Origin: Heterodontus francisci
Lineage: Eukaryota
Direction of reading: 5' to 3'
Assembly: GCF_036365525.1 (NCBI RefSeq)
Contig: NC_090393.1
Span: 31,094,764 to 31,158,763, forward strand
DNA: 64,000 nt
Numbering within the stretch: the stretch's first letter is position 1; every line of letters starts with the position of its first letter. Made by a program: the position numbers and the translations under genes. Shown one piece after another: positions 38,109 to 50,577 of the stretch. Under the pieces are notes generated by a model that was not told where the DNA came from, did not search any database, and saw only the letters and a list, made by a program, of their open reading frames with translations.

Positions 38109-38647
38109 AAGTTCCTGGATATGACTGAGTGTTTAGCCCAGTTAAATATTTGATGTGTTAGAAGCATTCTATGTGGATCTATTGGCACTGCGTCTTCCCA
38201 ACATTTCCTAATACCACGCAATTTAGGAAACTTGTTTGAAAACTCAACATATTTACATGATATTGTTGTGTGGAGAAGATCTTAAATGCTTCAAACTGAT
38301 TTTATACATCTGAAGAAAATTACTATTGTTTGAGCTTGCTAGGTAATTAAGTTACCAACATACAACTCTTAACTGCTGAGGATTCCTGTTCTACTTAAGG
38401 TACCAAAAACACTTCATTGACGTGTAGAGAAAATGCTGACACATCTATTTAAAGCAACACTTTTAAAGGCCTGTACCTTTTAAAAGATTATTTGCCTTGA
38501 ATTGTTGGGGAGTTAGGTTTTCATTTTTCCTCTGTTCATTGCACATCTTCTGCTTTTGAGTATGTTCTCCTTAAGTATGTTAGAGTAAGTTATTTCTGAC
38601 AGTACAACGTCAAGAATTGTACAGTGTACAGCAATGAGTTTTATTTT

Positions 38648-38653
38648 AATAAA
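38648..38653 (+). terminator. GPN3: Likely GPN3 polyadenylation signal AATAAA
   Basis: About 540 nt after the stop, followed by a GT-rich element (TTTGTGTCTGTT). Confidence 0.55.
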
Positions 38654-38721
38654 TTGCATATTTGTGTCTGTTCCAAAATATTATTTCCATATGATGGGAA
38701 AAGCTTATAATGGGATTTTTA

Positions 38722-39945
38722 AAAATTCATTCATCGGATGTGAGTGTCACTAGCAAGACCTGCGTTTATTGCTCATCCCTAATAGCCCTTGAGAAGATGG
38801 TGCTGAGCTGCCTTCTTGAACCACAGCAGTCCATGTGGTCTACAGTACTGCTAGGGAGGGAGTTCCAGGATTTTGACCCAGGGTCAGTGAAGGAGCGGCA
38901 ATATATTTCCAAGACAGGATGATGTGGAACTTGCAGGTGCTGGTGTTCCCATGCAACTGCTGCCCTTGCTGTTCTGGGTGGTAGAGTTTGAAGATGCTTT
39001 GGAAGGAGTCTTGCTGAATTGCTGCAATGCATCTTGTAAAATGGTACACACTTCAGACATGGTGTGCCTGTGGTGGAGGAAGTGAATGTTTAAGGTGGTG
39101 GATGGGGTGCCGATCAAGCGGGTTGCTTTGTCCTGGAACGGCGATATATTTCCAAGTCAGGATGGTGTGTTACTTGGAGGGGAACTTGCAGGTGGTGGTG
39201 TTCCCATGCATTTGCTGCCCATGTCCTTCTAGGTGGTAGAGGTCGCAGGTTTGGAAGGTGCTGTCTAAGGAGCCTTGGTGCATTGCTGCAGTGCATCTTG
39301 TAGATGGTACACACTCCTGTCACTGTGTGTCGGTGATGGAGGGAGGGAATGTTTGTGGATGGGGTGCCAATCAAGCAGGAGTGTTGTTGGCACTGCACCC
39401 ATCCAGGCAAGTGGAGAGTATTCCATCACACTCCTGACTTGTGTCTTGTAGATGGTGGACAGGCTTTGGGGAGTCAGGAGGTGAGGTACTCCAGAATTTC
39501 TAGCCTCTGACTTGCTCTTGTATTCACAGTATTTATGTGGCTGGTCCAGTTAAGTTTCTGGTCAATGGTGACCTCTATGATAATACTGTTGAATGTCAAG
39601 GGGAGGTGGTTAGATTCTCTCTTGTTGGAGATGGTTATTGCCTGGCACTTGTGTGGCATGAATATTACTTGCCATTTTTCAGCCCAAGCCTAAATGTTGT
39701 CCGGGCCTTTCTGCATATGAACTGCTTCATTATCTTGAGTTGCGAATGGAGCTGAACACTGTGCGATCATCAGCGACCGTCCCCACTTCTGGACTTAGGA
39801 TGGAGGGATAGGCATTGATGAAGCAGCTGAAGGTGATTGGGCCTAGGACTGCCCTAAGGAACTCCTGCAGCAGTGTCCTGGGGCTAAGATGATTGGCCAC
39901 CAACAACCACAACCATCTTCCTTTGTGCTAGGTATGACTTCAGCC
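38722..39945 (-). mobile_element. Decayed CR1-like LINE 3' portion with an internal duplication
   Basis: RT remnants VLGPITFSCFIN, VADD, IDQKLNWTSHIN; duplicated 3'UTR block (~38890-39120 and ~39135-39375). Confidence 0.75.
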
Positions 39946-40260
39946 AGTTAGTTGGAGTTGATTTAAGTGTACCTGACACAGTCCTCATAGTGGTGTTTAG
40001 CTGCATATCTATGATCTTTGTGTGGCAGCTCCAGCAGCATGAGCCAGAGCAGTATTCTGCAGCAGAGTAGACTAGGGCCACTGTTGCCATGCAAAGCATT
40101 CTGGCTGTGCTTCCCTGTGATGTTTTAGGGCGTTGATGACAGCCGAAATGTGGTCTCATTTTGTGTGCTAGTTCAATGCAAAGTTGCCAGCTAATGTCAT
40201 CAAGAAGATGACCAAATGCCCTGAAGTGGCTGGAATGCATGAAAGCACATTCCAAAATGC
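39946..40260 (-). mobile_element. Fragment of a non-CR1 LINE (I-group/Vingi-like C-terminal region)
   Basis: ALVYSAAEYC..W..HTKIIDMQLNTTMRTVSGTLKSTPTNWL; the clade assignment is inference. Confidence 0.55.
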
Positions 40261-40309
40261 TTTCTACTTAAGTCTGTGTAACCATCTGGAATTTGTCACA
40301 TGGTTAGCA

Positions 40310-43300
40310 GAGAACACCCAACCAACTCCAGCTCCTCGAGAACCGCGTTAGGGAACTGGAGCTGGATGAACTTCGGATCATTCGGGAGGCGGAGGGGGTT
40401 ATTGAGAGGAATTATGGGGAGGTAGTCACACCTCAGGTAAAAGAAGTAGGTAGATGGGTTATCGTCAGGGGAAGGAGAGGGAACCAGCAGGCAGTGCAGG
40501 GATCCCCTGTGGCCGTTTCCCTCAACAACAGGTATACCGTTTTGGATACTGTTGCGGGGAACGACTTACCAGGGGTAAGCAATGGGGTACAGGTCTCTGG
40601 CACAGAGTCTGTCCCTGTTGCTTAGAAGGGAAGGGGGAAGAGGAGCAGAGCATTAGTCATTGGGGAGTCCATAGTTAGGGGAATAGATAGGAGGTTCTGT
40701 GGGAACGAGAGAGACTCACGGTTGGTGTGTTGCCTCCCAGGTGCCAGGGTTCGTGATGTCTCGGATCGTGTTTTTGGGATCCTTAAGGGGGAGGGGGAGC
40801 AGCCCCAAGTCGTGGTCCACATAGGCACCAACGACATAGGTAGGAAGAGAGATGGGGATTTAAGGCAGAAATTCAGGGAGCTAGGGTGGGAGCTTAGAGC
40901 GAGAACAAACAGAGTTGTTATCTCTGGGTTGTTGCCCGTGCCACGATAGCGAAGCGAGGAATAGGGAGAGAGAGGAGTTGAACACGTGGCTGCAGGGATG
41001 GTGCAGGAGGGAGGGTTTTTGTTTCCTGGATAATTGGGGCTCTTTCTGGGGTAGGTGGGACCTCTACAAACAGGATGGTCTTCACCTGAACCAGAGGGGT
41101 ACCAATATCCTGGGGGGGAGATTTGCTAGTGCTCTTCGGGGGGGCGGGGTTTAAACTAATTCAGCAGGGGAATGGGAACCTAAATTGTAGTTCCAGTGTA
41201 CAGGATGTTGAGAGTAGTGAGGTCAGGGATAAGGTTACAAGGACGCAAGAGGGCACTGGCAAGCAAGAACTTGGTTTAAAGTGTGTCTACTTCAACACCA
41301 GGAGCATCCGGAATAAGGTGGGTGAGCTTGCAGCATGGGTTGGTACCTGGGATCTCGTTGTAGTGGCCATTTCGGAGACATGGGTAGAGCAGGGGCAGGA
41401 ATGGATGTTACAGGTTCCGGGATTTAGATGTTTCAGTAAGAACAGAGAAGATGGTAAAAGAGGGGGGCGGTGTGGCATTGTTAATCAAGGAAAGTATTAC
41501 AGCGGCAGAAAGGACGTTTGAGGACTCGCCTACTGAGGTAGTATGGGCCGAGGTTAGAAACAGGAGAGGAGAGGTCACCCTGTTGGGAGTCTTCTATAGA
41601 CCTCCGAATAGTTCCAGAGATGTAGAGGAAAGGATAGCGAAGATGATTCTCGACAGGGGCGAGAGTAACAGGGTAGTTGTTATGGGGGACTTTAACTTTC
41701 CAAATATTGACTGGAAATACTATAGTTCGAGTACTTTAGATGGGTCAGTTTTTGTCCAGTGTGTGCAGGAGGGTTTTCTGACACAGTATGTAGACAGGCC
41801 AACCAGCGGCGATGCCACATTGGATTTGGTACTGGGTAATGAACCCGGCCAGGTGTTAGATTTAGATGTAGGTGAGCACTTTGGTGATAGTGATCACAAT
41901 TCGGTTAGGTTTACCTTAGCGATGGGCAGGGACAGGTATATACCGCAGGGCAAGAATTATAGCTGGGGGAAAGGAAATTATGATGCGATTAGGCAAGATT
42001 TAGGATGCGTAGGATGGGGAAGGAAACTGCAGGGGATGGGCACAATCGAAATGTGGAGCTTATTCAAGGAGCAGCTACTGCGTGTCCTTGATAAGTATGT
42101 ACCTGTCAGGCAGGGAGGAAGTTGTCGAGCAAGGGAGCCGTGGTTTACTAAAGAAGTTGAAGCGCTTGTCAAGAGGAAGAAGGCTTATGTTAGGATGAGA
42201 CGTGAAGGCTCAGTTAGGGCGCTTGAGAGTTACAAGCTAGCCAGGAAGGATCTAAAGGGAGAGCTAAGAAGAGCAAGGAGAGGACACGAGAAGTCATTCG
42301 CGGATAGGATCAAGGAAAACCCTAAGGCTTTCTATAGGTATATCAGGAATAAAAGAATGAATAGAGTTAGATTAGGGCCAATCAAGGATAGTAGTGGGAA
42401 GTTGTGTGTGGAATCAGAGGAGATGGGGGAAGCGTTAAATGAATATTTTTCGTCAGTATTTACAGTAGAGAAAGAAAATGTTGTCGAGGAGAATACTGAG
42501 ATTCAGACTACTAGGCTAGATGGGATTGAGGTTCACAAGGAGGAGGTGTTAGCAATTTTGGAAAGTGTGAAAATAGATAAGTCCCCTGGGCCTGATGGGA
42601 TTTATCCTAGGATTCTCTGGGAAGCCAGGGAGGAGATTGCAGAGCCTTTGTCCTTGATCTTTATGTCGTCATTGTCGAGAGGAATAGTGCCGGAAGACTG
42701 GAGGATAGCAAATGTTGTCCCCTTGTTCAAGAAGGGGAGTAGAGACAGCCCTAGTAATTATAGACCTGTGAGCCTTACTTCGGTTGTGGGTAAAATGTTG
42801 GAAAAGGTTATAAGAGACAGGATTTATAATCATCTTGAAAAGAATAAGTTCATTAGCGATAGTCAGCACGGTTTTGTGAAGGGTAGGTCGTGCCTCACAA
42901 ACCTTATTGAGTTTTTTGAGAAGGTGACCAAACAGGTGGATGAGGGTAAAGCAGTGGATGTGGTGTATATGGATTTCAGTAAGGCGTTTGATAAGGTTCC
43001 CCACGGTAGGCTATTGCAGAAAATATGGAAGTATGGGGTTGAAGGTGATTTAGAGCTTTGGATCAGAAATTGGCTAGCTGAAAGAAGACAGAGGGTGGTG
43101 GTTGATGGCAAATGTTCATCCTGGAGTTTAGTTACTAGTGGTGTACCGCAAGGATCTGTTTTGGGGCCACTGCTGTTTGTCATTTTTATAAATGACCTGA
43201 AAGAGGGTGTAGAAGGGTGGGTTAGTAAATTTGTGGATTACACGAAGGTCGGTGGAGTTGTGGATAGTGCCGAAGGATGTTGTAGGGTACAGAGGGACGT

Positions 43301-44118
43301 AGATAGGCTGCAGAGCTGGGCTGAGAGATGGCAAATGGAGTTTAGTGCGGAAAAGTGTGAGGTGATTCACTTTGGAAGGAGTAACAGGAATGCAGAGTAC
43401 TGGGCTAATGGGAAGATTCTTGGTAGTGTAGATGAGCAGAGAGATCTTGGTGTCCAGGTACATAAATCCCTGAAAGTTGCTACCCAGGTTAATAGGGCTG
43501 TTAAGAAGGCATATGGTGTGTTAGCTTTTATTAGTAGGGGGATCGAGTTTCGGAGCCACGAGGTCATGCTGCAGCTGTACAAAACTCTGGTGAGACCGCA
43601 CCTGGAGTATTGCGTGCAGTTCTGGTCACCGCATTATAGAAAGGATGTGGAAGCTTTGGAAAGGGTGCAGAGGAGATTTATTAGGATGTTGCCTGGTATG
43701 GAGGGAAGGTCTTACGAGGAAAGGCTGAGGGACTTGAGGTTGTTTTCGTTGGAGAGAAGGAGGAGGAGAGGTGACTTAATAGAGACATATAAGATAATCA
43801 GAGGGTTAGATAGGGTGGTTAGTGAGAATCTTTTTCCTTGGATGGTGATGGCAAACATGAGGGGACATAGCTTTAAGTTGAGGGGTGATAGATATAGGAC
43901 AGATGTTAGAGGTAGTTTCTTTACTCAGACTAGTAGGGGCGTGGAACGCCCTGCCTGCAACAGTAGTAGACTCGCCAACTTTAAGGGCATTTAAGTGGTC
44001 ATTGGATAGACATATGGATGAAAATGGAATAGTGTAGGTCAGTTGGTTTCACAGGTCGACGCAACATCGAGGGCCGAAGGGCCTGTACTGCCCTGTAATG
44101 TTCTAATTCTAATTCTAA
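40310..44118 (+). mobile_element. CR1 LINE truncated within ORF1, with stops and frameshifts
   Basis: Esterase motifs GARVRD, HIGTND, DGLHL; 847-aa ORF2 piece 41451-43994 with RT centre mutated to FVDY; (TTCTAA)n tail. Confidence 0.95.
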
Positions 44119-45319
44119 TATATAAAGCACTCATTATGCTTCCCCAGTAAAAACTAAAAAAGTCAGCCAAAATAAATCTAATCATAAAGTTGTAACTAAA
44201 TGTTTATAGGAAGTTGAAATAACTGCAGACATATATAAATTCAAGTTCTAACTTTAAAAATTAGTCTAAACCCAGGCTTTTATCAAGCTATCAAAGGATA
44301 TGGATCAAAGGTAAGTAAATGGAGTTGAGGTGCAGATCAGCCTTGATGTAATTGATTGGAGATAAAGGCGCTGGGTTGATTGGCCTATTCCTATTTTCAT
44401 AGCTTCATTCACAGTTCAAAGTGTGAAGAAATTTTTCAATTGCACTGTAGGAAAAAAAATCTTAACTTGCTGCTTCAGTTCCTTGCACCAGGTCACAAAT
44501 GTTGTTTTAGAACCACACAGCCCCTGACTCTTTGGCAGTGATGGAAGCGGGAGAGGTAGTTTCTGTTTCAATTGTGAAAATGTGGAACAAATTTCTTATT
44601 TTGGTACCAGCTGGAGTACATTTTTCAATTATAAGTTTTGCAGTGTTTATATATTGTAATTTTTCTAAATAGAATCACAAATCCCAGCCCTGACTAAGGT
44701 GGACACCTGCACAGTTGTCTCTTTCAATCTTGGCTGGATTGTGGAAAATTGTTCTGGAAAAGTTTTCTTTCCACTTTACACAGGCGTGACTCCTGGTTTG
44801 ACAAGTGAGTTCAGTGAATTGAAAATGCTTTCTTGACCAGCAAGCATAGATATGAGGCACAATCTGGGAAGTAAATGGGAAAGGAGAGTAAGGTAGAAAG
44901 AGGAAGTACAAAAAGTCTTTTTCAAAATTGCCTTTTTGTCAAAATGCAAATCTTTATATCTCAAGCATTGCAGGTATGAAAATCTGATGTTTTAGGTTCT
45001 GACTATTACACATACTGCACTTGGATACCATTTGTTCAAGTCTTACAATTAAAAAAAAAGTATACATCTGTCCTGTAAATAACCATAACTTTGAATGTAA
45101 CCTTTCTATGTAGCTTAATCCATATGAACTAGTTTCCAGTAATTCAGAATCTGGAATTGAATGTAACAAGGTGGTGTTAGACATCATGAAGAGTTAAGGG
45201 TTAATGATCAAACCTCCTTGTATCTTGGAACAGTCTTTCCAAAATAAACAGGATGGCTTTGAAGTGCTGTGCGAAGAAAGCACATGGCTAGTCTTCTGCT
45301 TTGATTGTTATGATTTTTT

Positions 45320-45531
45320 TTTAGATTTAGATTTAGAGATACAGCACTGAAACAGGCACTTCGGCCCACCGAGTCTGTGCCGACCATCAACCACCCATTT
45401 ATACTAATCCTACACTAATCCCATATTCCTACCACATCCCCACCTGTCCCTATATTTCCCTACCACCTACCTATACTAGGGGCAATTTATAATGGCCAAT
45501 TTACCTATCAACCTGCAAGTCTTTGGCATGT
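45320..45531 (-). mobile_element. HE1/V-SINE-type SINE, 3' half
   Basis: Reverse complement of the SINE tail and core. Confidence 0.85.
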
Positions 45532-45925
45532 CAAGAAATTCTCATACAAGGAAATCAGTGACAGTAATGACATCAATCATGGGTGATTAAAGTTTAATTT
45601 TGGCAGCTAGTGTAATAAACATTGGTAGATGGATTTGTTAACTACAGTATTGAAAAGATAATGGTTAATAAAGCCTACTCTTCAAAGGATTCAAGAACAG
45701 ATAAGAAGTAGCTTTGGAGTAAACAACTGACTGTTTACATGAATAGACTGCAAAGGATTCAGGAACATCTACGTCATGAGGTCTTATCTGTGAAATGTAC
45801 CATTGTAGGCAAAATATGATGAATAAAGGCGTATATTTTTCAACAGCTCTTCAGAGGACTTTAAAGATAGAGCCAGAAACCAAAAACCTCTCTGTCTAGT
45901 TGGGCTGATCACCTATACTAAATAT

Positions 45926-46490
45926 TGTTACGACCAGGTGAGAAGGGGTCTAGGGATTCCTTCTCAGCCTTTGCCTGGTTTAATTGTAACAAGGTTTAAT
46001 TTTAAAACACTTTTTAGCTCCCCCTCAGTGAATCCTTGTTCACTGTTCCAATTGTAAGGCAAAGAAATCAGACAGGTTTCCTAGATTTAAACAAGAAAGG
46101 TGGAAGCTTATTAATCTTAAACTCTAATCCAGTTAACGACTACGAATATGCGACGCGACCACACTAGCATGCATACGTGATAAACACACAGAGACAGAAA
46201 AAGAAGGAATAAAGGGGAAACATTTGAGCCAATATCTGGTAGTTACAGTCCTTTCAGTTCATTGTGGAGTCTTTGGTTGCCAGTAAGTCTTGCAATTCGT
46301 TAGGGCCCAGTTCACACTTCAACTTGTTCCAATGTAGGAGTCTTTTCTCTCTTGAGGTTTATGTGTCTTCCGTTGGTCTGGTGCCTTGGGAGACAGCCAG
46401 GCGAGAGACTTGCTTGTTCCAGCTTCAGTTGCGAACTGCCTTCTGTTCCTTTCTCTGTGGCATAATTCAAAAAATCCCAGGTTGCCCAGA
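45926..46490 (-). mobile_element. LTR fragment related to the 24130 and 20595 LTRs
   Basis: Terminus TGTTACGACCAGGTGAGAAGGGG homologous to 24130; other end not identified. Confidence 0.6.
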
Positions 46491-47247
46491 AGGTGTCCTG
46501 GAGCCACCGTCAGAAGCTGCTGCCCTCCAAGAGAAGGATGCATTCATCAACAAAGCTGAGACGCTTTTGCAGTCATGTAGGGAAGTGAATTCTTTTACTA
46601 GTATTAATTAGTTGAGAATAACTGATGCCACACTCCATAATCCTAAAACCCTGTTACAATGAGCAATTTTCCCAATTTGTAGTATGTATTTTTTCCCCAT
46701 TTGCCTGAAACCAGTAAGGATGGAAAAAATGTCACTGCACCTTCATGTGGGTCAAAATGAGAAGGAAGATAAATAATTGGTGTATCATGCATGTTTTATT
46801 AAAGCTGACATTTTTGTTGTTGAAGGGATATTCTCTTCCCCATACTTAATCTATAGTATAACAACATTAAATGATATGCACACTGAAAGGATGAGAGCCC
46901 ACATAGCAGTCAGGTACATGCTTGGGTACAATTCCATCGATACCAGCAGCCTTCCAGTACAGGCGACCATTTTGCCAGAAACATACATGCCAATTGTCAG
47001 TGCTATATTTTGGGGGCCTGGCCAGGCCTTCAATATTTGCTGACACACATCAACACAACTGGAGCCCTCTTGAATTAAGAGTGAAAAAGAAAATCAAGGG
47101 GTGCAATGGGGCCACAAAATGGAATTGCTCTAATTACTACCAGCATGAATAGCTGTGCAAACTTGAGGTAAATAAATTTTAGGAGCTGGATAAAATACAT
47201 CCAAGGATCACTATGACTCTTTCAGGAACTAAAGGAGGAAATTGCAG

Positions 47248-47373
47248 GAATAAAAGCAAAATACTGCGGATGCTGGAAATCTGAAATAAACACAAAGTGC
47301 CGGTAATACTCAGCAGGTCTGGAGGAGAGAGAAACAGTGTTAATATTGCAGGTTGCTGACCTTTCATCAGAAC
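47248..47373 (-). repeat. Short Penelope-type repeat with a decayed hammerhead core
   Basis: Homologous to 50118-50217 and 62043-62216; GAAAC core mutated. Confidence 0.65.
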
Positions 47374-47833
47374 TGTTGGCTATTGACTGGAAATTGCAGG
47401 AACTCTGGCATAAATTTTCCAGAAATTACAGTATTAGGGAGGTGCCTGGGGACTGCAGAAAGACAAATGGTGAATTTCACATCTATTGTGGGTAAAGTTA
47501 TAGAAACCCTTATTAAAGATAAGATCATGGAGCATCTCAATAAAAATAAAATTACAAAAGATAGTCAATATAGGTTCTTGAAGGGGATACCTTGGCATTT
47601 TAATGGTTTTCTTTGAGGATGTAATAAATGAGCTTGATGGGGATACGGCAGTTGTATGTGGATTTCAGTAAGGCCTTTGATACAGCTCCTCTGGAAAGAC
47701 TGGTATTGAAAATAAAGTGGAAATCTGGAAATATTTTACATTGGATACATAATTGGTTGACTGATAGAATCTAGAGGGTAGTGCTACAGGGATTGTCATC
47801 AGCCTGGGAGAATGTTATCAGTGGGCACCCAAG

Positions 47834-48080
47834 TAGAGGTGTGCAAAGGCAACCCGACGCGACCCCGACTTCTGGACCCGGAAGTCCGACCCAACCCGAA
47901 CCCGACACGCGGTCGGGACCCTTTGGGGTCGGGTTGGGTGGCAGGCCTTTACATCAGTACATGGGTAAAGGCCTGCTACCTGAGCCGACCCCGACGAGAC
48001 CCGATGATATGTGCCGGGTTTGGGTCGGGCTTCCAGGTCCAGCATTCGGACTTGGGTCGGGTTTCCTTTGCACACCTCTA
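47834..48080. mobile_element. hAT-type MITE (247 bp)
   Basis: 25-bp TIRs TAGAGGTGTGCAAAGG(C/A)AACCCGAC; perfect 8-bp TSD CACCCAAG; subterminal ACCCGA repeats. Confidence 0.9.
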
Positions 48081-48339
48081 CACCCAAGTGATTGTTTTGC
48101 AACCACTTATTATCTTCATAAATGACTTGAATCTAGATATCACAAGCACACTAGCTACATTTTTAAATGATATAAAGCTAATGAAGGTGGTGGACTGCAA
48201 AGTTGAACTGGATAAGATACAGGAGGATTTGAATATACTTTGGAATTGGCAGACAGATGGCAGATGAAATACAATGCAGAGAAATGCAAAGCACTTCACA
48301 TTGGGACGTAAAATCCAGGAAAGGACTATTCACAAACTC

Positions 48340-49120
48340 TGTTCCCTAGCCACCATCTCCATCCCTCGTTCTGGTAACTGTCTGAGGTTGAACTCGAGTG
48401 CTTGCAAACTTGGAGTCATATACGATCCCAAGATGAGTTTCCAACCACATATCCCTGCCATCACTATGACTGCCTATTTCCTGCTCTGTAACATCACCTG
48501 ACTCCACCTCTGCCTCATTTGCAGCTGGAACTCTCATCCACCTGATACCTCAGGACCTAACTATTCCAATGCACTTCAGACCAGCCTCCACATTCTACCT
48601 TCTGTAAACTTGAAGTCATCCAAAACTCTGCTGCCTGTGTCCTAACTCACACCAAATCCTGTTCACCAATCACCCCTGTGCTCACTCATTTATAATGGCT
48701 TCTGGTTAAGCAATGCCTCGATTTTTAAAATTCTCATCCTTGTTTTCAAATCCCTCTGAGGCCTTGCCCCTCCCTATCTCTGTGATCTCCTCCAGCCCAC
48801 AACTCTCCTTGATATCTGTGCTCCTCTAATTCTGGCCTCTTGTGCATCCCATTTTAATTGCTCCACCATTAGTGGTTGTGCCTTCAGCTGCCTGGGCCTG
48901 AAGCTACATAATTCCCTCCCTAACCCTTTCTGCCCCTCTACCTCATTTTCCTCCTTTAAAGACACTCCTTAAAACCTACTTCTTTGACTAAGCTTTTGGT
49001 CATCTGCCCCAATATCTCCTTATGTGGCTCGGGGTCATATTTTGCTTTTCTAATGTCCCTGCAAATTGCCTTGGGATCATTTATTGTGTTAAAAGTGCTA
49101 TATAAATACAAGTTGTTGTA
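48340..49120 (+). mobile_element. L2 LINE 3' fragment
   Basis: KLGVIYDP-MSFQPHI remnant; tail GTGCTATATAAATACAAGTTGTTGT. Confidence 0.8.
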
Positions 49121-49451
49121 TTCCTTAAATAGAAAAGAGTGTATATTGACAATAAATTGAAGCAATTGTAACAGTGATCATTGTACTCAGTAAAATAAAT
49201 CAGGTGTTGGGATGTGTTAAAAGACCAATATTAAACTGAAATAGTGAAGTCATCCTCCCAGTTTATAATTCATTGGCGTGACTGCACTTAGAATACGGTA
49301 CAGTTCTGACCGTCACAGTGCAAAAAAGATATTGCAACTATTGAAAGGATACAGAAGAGGGCAGTCAGAATGATGGAAGGATTGGATTATAATGAATGAT
49401 TATGTAAGTTGGGCATGTTCTCACTGAAAAGAGAAGGTTGAGAGGTGATAT

Positions 49452-49788
49452 GTTTGGTTTAGTTTAGAGATACAGCACTGAAACAGGGCCTTCGGCCCAC
49501 CGGGTCTGTGCCGACCATCAACCACCCATTTACACTAATCCTACACTAATTCCATATTCCTACCACATCCCCACCTGTCCCTATCACCTACCTATACTAG
49601 GGGCAATTTTATAATGGCCAATTAACCTATCAACCAGCAAGTCTTTCCTCTGTGGGAGGAAACCGGAACACCCGGAGGAAACCCACGCAGACACAGGGAG
49701 AACTTGCAAACTCCACACAGGCAGTACCCAGAATTGAACCCGGGTCGCTGGAGCTGTGAGGCTGTGGTGCTAACCACTGCGCCGCCCC
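49452..49788 (-). mobile_element. HE1/V-SINE-type SINE
   Basis: Near full-length reverse copy. Confidence 0.9.
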
Positions 49789-50182
49789 AATATGATAGCT
49801 GATTTTAGGTTTCTTAAGAGATCAATAATGTAAACCATGACACGCTGTTTCATCTTGCCCAGAACAGCAGAACCAGAGATCATGTGCTGTGTTTGAAGGG
49901 GTGGGGGGTAAATTCAAAACAAATTTGCAGGAATAATGCATCAGTCAGCAAGTGGTTAATATACAGAACAGGCTCCTGGGAAGCCAGTGGAAGCAAGAAG
50001 TATTGGTTCATTCAAATGTAAATTAGATATTTTTTCAGATAATTTGGGATACAGTATGAGTAATTAAGAGGCATGATATAAGTGCAGTATGCTTGAAAGG
50101 AACAGTTGACCTTGGATAATAAAAACAAGAAATGCTGGAAATACTCAGCAGGTCTGGCAGCATCTGTGGAGAGTGAAGCAGA

Positions 50183-50217
50183 GTTAACGTTTCAGGTCAG
50201 TGACCCTTCATCAGAAC
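50183..50217 (-). ncRNA. Minimal type-I hammerhead ribozyme motif in a Penelope-type repeat (50118-50217)
   Basis: GUU-CUGAUGA-AG-GGUC-ACU-GACC-U-GAAA-CG-UU-AAC: core boxes, stem II, palindromic AACGUU stem III, stem I GUU/AAC. Confidence 0.6.
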
Positions 50218-50305
50218 CTTGGACCTGTTTTCCAAAGCATTCCACCACTGGGAGTTTTCCTTGCCTCATGCTTGGGACTGTTGTAGACCAATTGATAGAG
50301 ATTGA

Positions 50306-50577
50306 TTACCTTCCGGGAGCGGAACGGACCTGTGGAGAGAACGCCAAGAGTGGAGCCTATAAATCGAACCTGAGGATCGAGACCCAATCTCTTACCTTCC
50401 AGGAGCGGAACGGACCTGTGGAGAGAACGCCAAGAGCGGAGCCTTTAAATCGAACCCGAGGATTGAGGCCCAGTCTCTTACCTTCTGGGAGCGGAGCGGA
50501 CCTGTGGGGAGAACGCCGAGAGCGGAGCCTTTAAATCGAACCCGAGGATTGAGGCCCAGTCTCTTATCTTCCGGGAG
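50306..50577 (+). repeat. Three 86-bp tandem monomers plus a partial fourth at the CR1 5' end
   Basis: Units start at 50308, 50394, 50480 and 50566. Confidence 0.9.

Larger units (their letters stand above)
47380..50110 (+). mobile_element. Old CR1 remnant carrying nested MITE, L2 and SINE insertions
   Basis: Decayed TSIVGKVIETLIKDKI, DFSKAFD, LIIFINDL and WQMKYN pieces separated by insertions. Confidence 0.75.

Noticed and set aside
46860-47040. Protein-like minus-strand frame (...DNWHVCFWQNGRLYWKAAGIDG...)
   Set aside because: Short, bounded by stops and not recognisable; BLASTx would be needed
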